64,000 bases of DNA, from contig OX337240.1 in the NCBI GenBank assembly GCA_946965045.2, positions 1,736,001-1,800,000 on the forward strand. Reading direction: 5' to 3'. Source of the DNA: Epithemia pelagica (taxonomy: Eukaryota > Protista > Bacillariophyta). Below, piece after piece: positions 55,570-64,000 of this stretch; within the stretch, counting starts at the first letter, position 1; each line of letters starts with the position of its first letter. Below the pieces are notes generated by a model. It searched no databases. It saw only the letters and a program-made list of their open reading frames with translations, and was not told where the DNA came from. A program made the position numbers and the translations under genes.

Positions 55570-56886
55570 ATGAGGAACGGCCACGGCACCCAACTGTTCG
55601 TACTCTCCAGTTTGCTCCTAGGCATTCATGCTTTTGTGGGAGTAGGAGTATTCGTGGAGTCTCCATTCCATCATCACTTGCGACGACAAGAAGAAGAATG
55701 CCCCAAACACTCCATGATGAGAACATCATGGAGGAGCTCCTCCAATCATCATGGGTCCAAAACTGTTTGGTTGTTGCACATGGTCAAGAAGGCCAAACGA
55801 GGAAAATTGGCCTCCAACGTGGATGCCACCGCCCTGCCCAAAAAGACACGGAAACCGACCGTTCCAAAATCACGAGTCACTGCTTCGTCGTCGTCCGAAC
55901 CTGTCTCTCCACTCTTGGCCGAATGGATGGCCAAGTCCAAGACGACGACGACGGTCGAAACGGACCAACCCAACATGGCATCCTCTCCGGCAAGATCATT
56001 GTCGTCCACCCCGACGGCGTCCTCCTCCTCCTCCACACCCACGTACGAATCGTTTGACACGACGACCATGGCCGACGAACCGGACGATTCGCCAAAACGT
56101 CGCAAATCCAAGAAACAATCGTCCAAAACAACCAAAAAGAAGAGCAATCCACGACAATTGGCGCAACTCGAACGGGACACTCGTGCGGCGGCACTGGTAT
56201 CGGAACTTATCGAATTGGTGGAACCGACCGACACGACGAGCCAGAAACAAAGAACTTTGGATCTGACTGCCATTTTGGGACGACTCCAAGAACTCGTGTC
56301 ATTGCCCTGGCCGACCGAACCAGCCAAGACACTGTTGGCATCGGCACGGAGTGCGACGAATCCACGACCGGATTATCGCTTGTTGTGGGTCGGAGGCGAC
56401 ACTGCTCTGTGTCATGTCGGGACAGGATTGCACAAGGTTCCCCTGGCACGGTTGCAAGAAGTCTTTGTCTCTTTTCCCGGACGCAATCGAATGGAATGGC
56501 TTGAAGTGATACGTGTCTTGGGACCCTTTCCCAATGTCAAAAATGTCTTGCAGGGATCGACCACGATTGCCAAGGCATCCTCCAATACGAATAACGACAA
56601 TATGGCGGCTGCGGCCGATCAATGGCAAGTGACGTGGGATTCCATGTTGGATGGGACCGGAAAGGAACTGTTGGCGGGTACAGCGGAAAATATACGACAG
56701 GTGCCCTTGGATGTGTACTTTTGTTCCAAGGACGTCTTGATCTTGGCCGTCCCGGTACAAGACGACGCCTCCAATCAATTGTCTTTACAAGAGCGGTGGG
56801 GTACCAATGGTTCCAATTTGCTGATCCTGGTCAAGGAAGAAGAGTTGGATGTGAAATTGGAAAAGTATCGTGTGGCTGCGGCATAA
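55570..56886 (+). CDS. Probable plastid-targeted protein (copy 2)
   Basis: Paralogue of 32908-34197; near-identical middle, diverged presequence and 3' third. Confidence 0.7.
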   Translation: MRNGHGTQLFVLSSLLLGIHAFVGVGVFVESPFHHHLRRQEEECPKHSMMRTSWRSSSNHHGSKTVWLLHMVKKAKRGKLASNVDATALPKKTRKPTVPKSRVTASSSSEPVSPLLAEWMAKSKTTTTVETDQPNMASSPARSLSSTPTASSSSSTPTYESFDTTTMADEPDDSPKRRKSKKQSSKTTKKKSNPRQLAQLERDTRAAALVSELIELVEPTDTTSQKQRTLDLTAILGRLQELVSLPWPTEPAKTLLASARSATNPRPDYRLLWVGGDTALCHVGTGLHKVPLARLQEVFVSFPGRNRMEWLEVIRVLGPFPNVKNVLQGSTTIAKASSNTNNDNMAAAADQWQVTWDSMLDGTGKELLAGTAENIRQVPLDVYFCSKDVLILAVPVQDDASNQLSLQERWGTNGSNLLILVKEEELDVKLEKYRVAAA

Positions 56887-57560
56887 CACCCCGCTGCTGC
56901 AGTGCGACCCACGCGCTCCACCAAATCCTTCCGTTGGTCGGGGTTTTGGTGCTGGTGGATGCTACTGTACCCTTGCAAAAGCCCCCGAAATATCGAAATG
57001 GAACACATCCAGTATCATCATGGGGAATCCCTAGACAGGAAACGAATTCATTCTCCCCTTGGCCTCTCTCCAACGCTAGCTAGTAGAGGTCAACGACAAT
57101 CCATAATGCCCACTGTTTCCCCATGTAGAAAAGGAAGCAAACGTATCCCTCGAACGTGGGCTTCTTGTATCGTGGTTCCGAGTGTATCTAGCAGATGCAA
57201 TAAAAGACTCTGGAGCAAAAGGTCGCTACCTACCTAGACCAACAAGCATGTCACTTGAATATGCTGCAGATTCTTCGTGTCTTCCACAACGCCATGCTTT
57301 GTACGGTATCAAAGAATGAGATTCAAGAAGCAAAAATAAATTGCTCCATCTTTCGTTCTATTTCTATCCTATATATTATCGGAGTACTCGTAGCTAGAGG
57401 AGGGTAGGTACGGATAGTGAAGCAACTTTTCCGTAGACAAGATAGCTCTCATTTATGCGATCTAAAAGCGATTCCATGAAAGGATCTTTTGTGCAACCAA
57501 AGAAGAAGATCCATGTGCATGTGCCATGTGTATGTGATCATAACCCAACGATTCGTTGCC

Positions 57561-58541
57561 ATGGGGTGGTTCGGTAGGAACAACAATGCAAGTGATGCTC
57601 CAGATGCAAACCGAAATACCGGGAATGCAGATGGTAAAGGAGTTTTTTGGCCACAATTCTTCAAGAGTGGGAACAACGAGTACCCCACTGCGCCAACCCG
57701 TCCCTCGGCTGCTGCTGCTGCGTCGTGGAAGGAGATGGGGAATGCCCAATTGGCGCCGTTTGGAATTGAAATTGTCGACTTTCCCTTGGCCCACGTGCCA
57801 TGGCAAATGGAGCATTCCATCCTTTTAATCACGTCATGTTTCGCAAGTGGTTGGCTCGGATATCGTCTTCCACAGTATTGGAATCGTCACTTTCGCCGCA
57901 TCACCGCGGTGGAGGAATTGCGGATCGGTGGTGGCAGTGCCTTGAGAGGACGAGTCATGGACGTGAAGGATGGCGACACCTTTCGATGGTATCATTGCCC
58001 GACACCATCCTGGTGGCACAGTTGGTCCGTGAGTCAGCAGCTTGGGAACAACAACAACAACAAGACGAGCAGCAAACGGGCGAAACAAGAACAACTTGCC
58101 ATTCGCATTTCCACCATTGATACACCGGAAACCGCCAAATTTGGATCTCCAGGGCAACCCTATGGGGAGGAAGCCAAGAAATGTCTGAGTGATTTGATTT
58201 TGCATCGCATGGTGGACATTACCGTGCTATCGAAGGATCAATATGGCCGAGTTGTGGCCCACGTCAACCTCGTACCACGCATGCCCTTGGTCGGGTGGTG
58301 GTGGTTGGGGAATGGACGTTCGGTCGAACAATACATGCTACAAAAAGGAATGGCCGAAGTTTATGTGGGAAGTGGTGCCGTCTATGGTCCATTGGGCAAA
58401 CAAGCCTATTTGGATATGCAAACCAAGGCTCAAGAACAAAAAATGGGCATTTGGTCCTTGAAGAATCGTGAAAGTGCCGCCGAATTTAAAGCACGTGTCA
58501 AGCTGCAGAAAAGCCAACCAGAGAATACCAAGCAAGATTAA
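57561..58541 (+). CDS. Staphylococcal nuclease-like protein (copy 2)
   Basis: Near-identical to 34870-35838, with an insertion giving PRMPLVGWWWLGNG versus PRMPWWFGNG. Confidence 0.9.
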   Translation: MGWFGRNNNASDAPDANRNTGNADGKGVFWPQFFKSGNNEYPTAPTRPSAAAAASWKEMGNAQLAPFGIEIVDFPLAHVPWQMEHSILLITSCFASGWLGYRLPQYWNRHFRRITAVEELRIGGGSALRGRVMDVKDGDTFRWYHCPTPSWWHSWSVSQQLGNNNNNKTSSKRAKQEQLAIRISTIDTPETAKFGSPGQPYGEEAKKCLSDLILHRMVDITVLSKDQYGRVVAHVNLVPRMPLVGWWWLGNGRSVEQYMLQKGMAEVYVGSGAVYGPLGKQAYLDMQTKAQEQKMGIWSLKNRESAAEFKARVKLQKSQPENTKQD

Positions 58542-59173
58542 TCAGCAAGACGTTGGGCGGCCATGGTATTTGTTGAAATTGTCCCGGACTGGCGGCGAAA
58601 CAGATATCATTCATGAACACCAGTTCTGTCTATACAGGGGCGAGGAACACGAAAACCATTCCTCCTGCTTCGTCTCAAAGACGCAGACGTTAAAGGTACT
58701 ATGAAGTCCAGAGTACATTCGATCTGCCGTTCCTACTTTCCCCGTAGCGTGCTCCTGAACAAAGTAAACAAGACGTCAATTGGATTGGTACAATGTTGAC
58801 TTTCAATACCACAATGGAATGCCTGTCGTCCGTGGTGTCTCGAACAAGGAATCAGGCCATGGACAGCATAGTTTAATGCATTGGTCTCATCTACACAATG
58901 TGCTAGAAAAATATGGTAGAGTGTCGCCACAGTGGAGAAACTATGGTAAGGATCAAGATCCCAATGAGAAGAGACGACAAGTATCCTTTAAGCAGAGCTT
59001 GGTCAGCATTTACTGGCGTGTATCATTCACCCTCCCTCCAGCTTCAGAGAACATATTTTCAGTGCGTCTCGCATGCACTCAAGACCCTTTAGGACTGGTG
59101 TCATGCGTTCATGATGGAGCAGTGTACCTTTGCTCCATCTGGCTTTGTTGAGGAAGTCGTCTATTCGGGGAGA

Positions 59174-62100
59174 TTAGCTATCGTCTTCAAAGTGTTCATT
59201 CATCTCCTGCAAACCACAAAACCGAAATTCAGTATACGACAACGCCAAACAAGAAGTATTCCGACATGCCTCCTTCGTTCACGTACCGCTCTCATTTCTT
59301 TGATCTCCGCCTTCAACTCGGCCCTTGTTTCTGTAATCATGCGTTCCATGACCGTTTCCAAGTAGTTGACGCGTCCCGTCCAATCTTCATCTGTTGCTTC
59401 ATCGCTACTCAGGGTCGCCACTTTTTGTTTCGTTAATCCAAACAACCAGTTGGAAATGCCTCCGACCAAAATATTGTTGATCCGACCAATGGCGTCGTAC
59501 ACATTCTCTGCTCGATCAGGTAACAAATCACGCAAAAGACCATCCAAGATAAATGTACCGACAACCCAAAGAGCACAAGCTAAGACCGCACCCATGCAAA
59601 CCGCTGAGGAGAATCCGACAGGGAAATGTTTGAGAAGTGGCGAAAAGGAAAAGCACATATATAATGTGTTCGCCAAGGCCCAAAGAACGGAGCAACCAGA
59701 GCGTTAGCGACACCTCAGAGCAGCAGGGGATAACAAAACACCAGTCATGGGAAAAGCGTACGTACCGATTGCAAATCCAACCCAGCCAGAGTTTTCAGCA
59801 AAACCTATCGCACGTCCAATCAAGTATACCAACGCATAGACAGCAGTCAAAAGGATGACTGTCAAAACGCACCACCGGATGGCAACTCGTATTCTTCTGT
59901 GTTTGTGCTGACTGGATCGATTTGGTGCACCTGCCGGTGCGCCACTATGAGCCGAAGCTGCCGCGGCCGCTTCGGTCCTCCTGGACGGTTGGAGGAAGTG
60001 TTCTAGGGCTTCATTTTGCGCCACGTACAAGACGCGCGCACGTCCAAACAACAAATTCCCACTCATGGTTGCCTTTTCGTAGGAGTCCGAAATGACTGCG
60101 ATCAAAACATTGAGCAGAATTACCACTCCAAATACTGTGAAGATGATGAACAGGACAGTCGTACCAGGCGTTGCAGTCATGTCGTCCAGTTCAAAGTCTC
60201 CCAGAAGAATACTCTGTTAAGAAAGACATAGAACAGCAATCACAAAATCCACAAGTTAGACACATTCTGATAGGATCAAGGACAAGGAGCCACTGCAACA
60301 TTCACGTACATAGACTCGTAAGTAAGAGGTCCAACCCGAATCACAGAAGTCTTCAATCGCACCAGATTCCTGTTCATCATCTGTACAAAACTGGGTATTG
60401 TCCTTGGAGCTCACTGCAATGTAGAACATGTCTCCAAACATAAACACACAGACAATCAAAACCACCATGAAGAATCGTATGTCATACAGAATCTGTGACA
60501 GAGCCATTATGAAGGTCGACATTTCCTTGTTAACAACCTTGAGGAAACCCAACACCTTCAGCCACAGAAGCCCAATAACTAGAGCATTTAGACCAGTTTT
60601 GTATTCGTCTTCCCCAATATTTTGATCCCATATAGTCGCCCAAAGCGTGAAGATAATTGCAATGGAATCAAAAACGGTCCACATGTTGGTAAAGTATGCC
60701 TTTAAGGCGGACGGTGAAACAGTCAACAAAGCCCATGCTTCACACCCCTTCCGTAGCAGGTAATGGAGTGAAATTACAGAAACCAATCCTTCCGGTAGAA
60801 CACCCATCCCAGACAATTCGCTGTTGGGATTAACGATAGCACGAAAGGAGACCATCAACGTCAAATGCAACAGCAGATCAATCAGTACCAGGCCAAGTAC
60901 GAAGGGACGACTTAGTTTTTGACTCATGGTATGCCAAATCACGGCAGTAGCAGCAGCACGATCTGTTTCCCGATTCTCCAAAGTAACCAAGGAGGCAATA
61001 GTCCCCTTAAGAGCTCCCACCGCTTCAAAGACATCTTGTCGATCCTTGTTAAAGGCATCCAAATCACCTGAATGAATGGTGCCGTACCCACCGGTATGAT
61101 CTTCAACCGAAGTTTTGGAAATGAGACAAAGAAAATCCACGGCCCGCTTGGCCGGTGTTCCACCGTGATTGAACATTTCAATCAACCATTTTCCCACTGT
61201 CTGTGGGCACAGCAAGAGACGACGACAAATGGCCATTTCCAAAACACGCTCCCGAGTGTCCATGCCATCATCATCAATCAACAAAATAATTTTGACAAGC
61301 ATTGGCATTTTGGCCAAGAGGGCTTCCACCAACATTTTGCGATCGTTGCTGGCAAGGTGACGGGTACTTGCTGTAGAGGATCCCACGTCGGCGTGATGAT
61401 GGACACTGCTACCCTGACTGCTGGAGGTAGTAATGTTCAGGCCGAACCGAGCTCTTTCTTGTGGGATTTCTCGACCCATTTTAAGTCGTTGAAACATAGG
61501 CAAATTACTATTGCGACTCAAGATGTCCAACGCCGTTGACAACATGGTCAGACACCATTCTGCCTCCTCCCAAATCTCAACACGTGGAAAAACCATTTTT
61601 TGGAAACTGCCACCTACATGGCTGGAATGGAACAGACCTCCCTCACGACAAGGATAGAACTTCAAGTTATCGTCGGGCATTGTTCCATTCGTTCGGGGCA
61701 TAGTTGGGTCCGACGAAGACCCCCTTTGTTGCTGCGGCTGCTGGCGTTTCTTTTTACGGAGCTCTTGTTCTTGCGCCCAATCGACCCAATCGGCAACAAT
61801 GCGAGCAAAGGGAACAAAGCCTTCCTTATCGGGTACGAGAATGGCGTTGGGAAATTCATTCATCAAATGAGTGGCCAAAACAGTGGCCACATCTCTTCCG
61901 GCGGCGGTCTTGTTGTCTTCGGTTGTAGTGGTGGTGGTAATAAGTGTTTCATTGTCCCCTAGTACGTGAAGGGGAAATCGTCCCATTGCATCTTTGGTTC
62001 GAATGGCATTGGGATGCCGCTTTAGGCACTCCAACAAGGCTTCCACTGTAACACCATGCGGCTGTGCACACAAGATATGCAAAGGCGTGGTTGTGTTGTT

Positions 62101-63093
62101 GTGGGAACTTTTTCGTTCGTGGCGTTTGGACCGAATGGAATCTGGAATGTATCGAAGCGTCTTGGTAGTTGCCTTGAGAACTTTGCGCAACAAATTGAAA
62201 CCCGACAACTTCCTCGTCGTGCTGCTGTTATTCTTGTCGTTGGCTACTTCCATCGACGTCGATACTGTGGAGACTGGTGGAGGAGCGCCGCCGGCGGAGG
62301 TTGGAGTGGGACAGGGAGATGCCGCCATCATCATGCGGGGTACAGGAGCAGGGGCCGGTCGATAACTAGGGGCAACGTTGCTTGTCGTAGGAGTAGGAGT
62401 TGCAGTACTGTTTTCATTTTGGTTCATCAAGGTGGTGGCGACTGTTAGAAAGCCCAAGCCAGTGCCCAGTCCATCATTATTACTCTTATTGTTGTCGCTC
62501 GAGCTTGTGGGTCGGGGAGAGGATTCCGGTTCATGGGCAAAATTCTCTGGCGTCGGCGGTGGTAGTTGAGTCGTTGTGGTGTTGGACGACAGAGCGGCTG
62601 CGGCCGCTGCTTCGGCAGCAGCGACTTGAGCTTCCGAAATACTTAATTGTCTTGCACTGCCACTGTTATGAGTCGAGGATTCACCCAATTCCGATAGGGC
62701 ACGGACACTACCGAAATGGGAGACACTGGACTCGGAAAAGAGAGAATTCGCATCGCTCTCCGGGTTGAAAGCGGAGGATATGACACGGTGAAAGACCAAT
62801 CGTCCAGTAAAATTGGTCAATGAAATGGACTTCAAACCTTCGGGGGCAAACTCCAAGGGGCGAACGTGGTTCATGGACATGGGACCATGGCCTGCTGTTT
62901 CTGCAGGGTTGTTACCCCCTTCCAGTTGCTGCTGTGGTTCTTGATTATTATTATTGTTGTCTTCGTCGTTTGAAGTGGATACCAGTTGAACACCCAACTG
63001 AGGTGTGACACGATAACTGACGCTCATTTCTCCAGGTACCTGCGTGGTCACTGTGGTGTCATCGCCATCGCCTACTGCCGCAGCCGCCTCCAT
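59174..63093 (-). CDS. Ankyrin-like repeat + TRP-type cation channel, paralogue 3 copy 2
   Basis: Same exon structure as 36472-40391 at offset 22702 (63093-60310, 60213-59766, 59603-59287, 59206-59174). Confidence 0.9.
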
Positions 63094-64000
63094 GGATGCA
63101 ATACTGGTGGAACGGCTCATTGTTGAGCGAGAAAGTTTGTTTCAGAAGCCAGCGCTTCTTTTTCCAGGGGGCTAATGCCAAACAAGGAAGACCAACTCTC
63201 TTCAACAAAAAGACTTTTGGTTGGTCCGATGAATCTGAATCTTCACGATACTTTCGCACCCCCTTGCCCCTTGTCTCTTCCAACCTTATATATTATCGAC
63301 TTTCAGGACGTCCCTGTCTCTTAAAATTGAACGAAATGGAGATCGTAAAAATGGAAGACAAACACACCCGCCTTGATTCGTCTATTGATTCTTCGTTTCA
63401 GGGGCAAACTGGGATGACAGATGATGAAACAAGTACCACCTTTCTGGAGTCCGTAGCCGGATCCTCTCTCAACCACAACGTCTTGCCTTTTTCTTTCTTC
63501 AACAACGTCCGCTCAATTCTGTTTGTCTCGTTCTCTTTCGGTTCTTGTCTAGAGGTAAGGACCTTTTGTCATCCATATGGACAGAGAAACGATGTCTCTG
63601 GAATGGATCTTGTGTGGAGAGATGCAATCATCCCCCCAATCAACGCATGGATGGCGTCCGCGCGATGACCCCCAAGCCATAAAAATTCCCATCGTTTGTA
63701 TAGATCAATTTTTGTGAATCATAATTATACAGGATATCATTGATTCACTGGAGAGTAGAGATACCGGCTGGCGTTCTTGTTTCCCAGGAGCCCTGACCCC
63801 CTTTTTGATGGTTGATGGGTCTTTTCCTTTTTCTATCGCACGATCACTTGCGCGACCATGAGGATGATGCACACCAACGGCTTGGCTCCCCGTTCCATGA
63901 GCGGGTGAAGAATCAGGATGGGGAAGGACTTACGAACTATCAAGCCTGAGTAACTCCAGCTACAGTGACCTTGCAAGGGGTCTGATTGGCAACAGGTGTG

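Larger units (their letters stand above)
42399..63612 (+). repeat. Segmental duplication unit, copy 2, containing the nested Harbinger/copia insertion
   Basis: 42399-43584 matches 31558-32765; 55431-63612 matches 32763-40930. Confidence 0.92.

Noticed and set aside
63096-64000. ORF 63096-63668 and the terminal 350 nt
   Set aside because: The ORF lies in the duplicated upstream region of channel 3 and differs in length between copies (165 vs 190 aa); no coding evidence.

Overview
Eukaryotic, intron-containing DNA of about 47-48% GC. The gene style and transposon repertoire point to a pennate diatom (inference). Host genes: three divergent paralogues of a large ankyrin-like + TRP-type cation channel (478-4667 -, 22506-26616 +, 36472-40391 -), a recent fourth copy (59174-63093 -) and a fragment (41545-42399); a BTB-like protein; a secreted triple-vWA protein; an orphan gene; a YeeE/YedE sulfur transporter with an in-frame TAG; and two copies each of a probable plastid-targeted protein and a staphylococcal-nuclease-like protein. 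About a third of the window is mobile DNA. A complete tyrosine-recombinase (DIRS-superfamily) retrotransposon with A1-B1-A2-B2 split direct repeats (8218-18361) carries a 1.16-kb TIR element. A PIF/Harbinger-like transposon (43585-55430) has its transposase split at the splice donor by a young Ty1/copia element with apparently identical LTRs (46178-54561). A tandem segmental duplication (31558-40930 vs 42399-63612) preserves the empty site of the Harbinger insertion. Most interesting signals: (i) 15 non-synonymous and 0 synonymous differences across the transmembrane region of the duplicated channel; (ii) a degenerate C5-methyltransferase-like region at the N-terminus of the DIRS pol ORF; (iii) the copia's tRNA-Asn anticodon-arm PBS and extra upstream ORF; (iv) a palindrome array between the divergent Harbinger genes. 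All comparisons were made by eye and no database searches were run. Several frameshifts lie in homopolymers and may be assembly errors.
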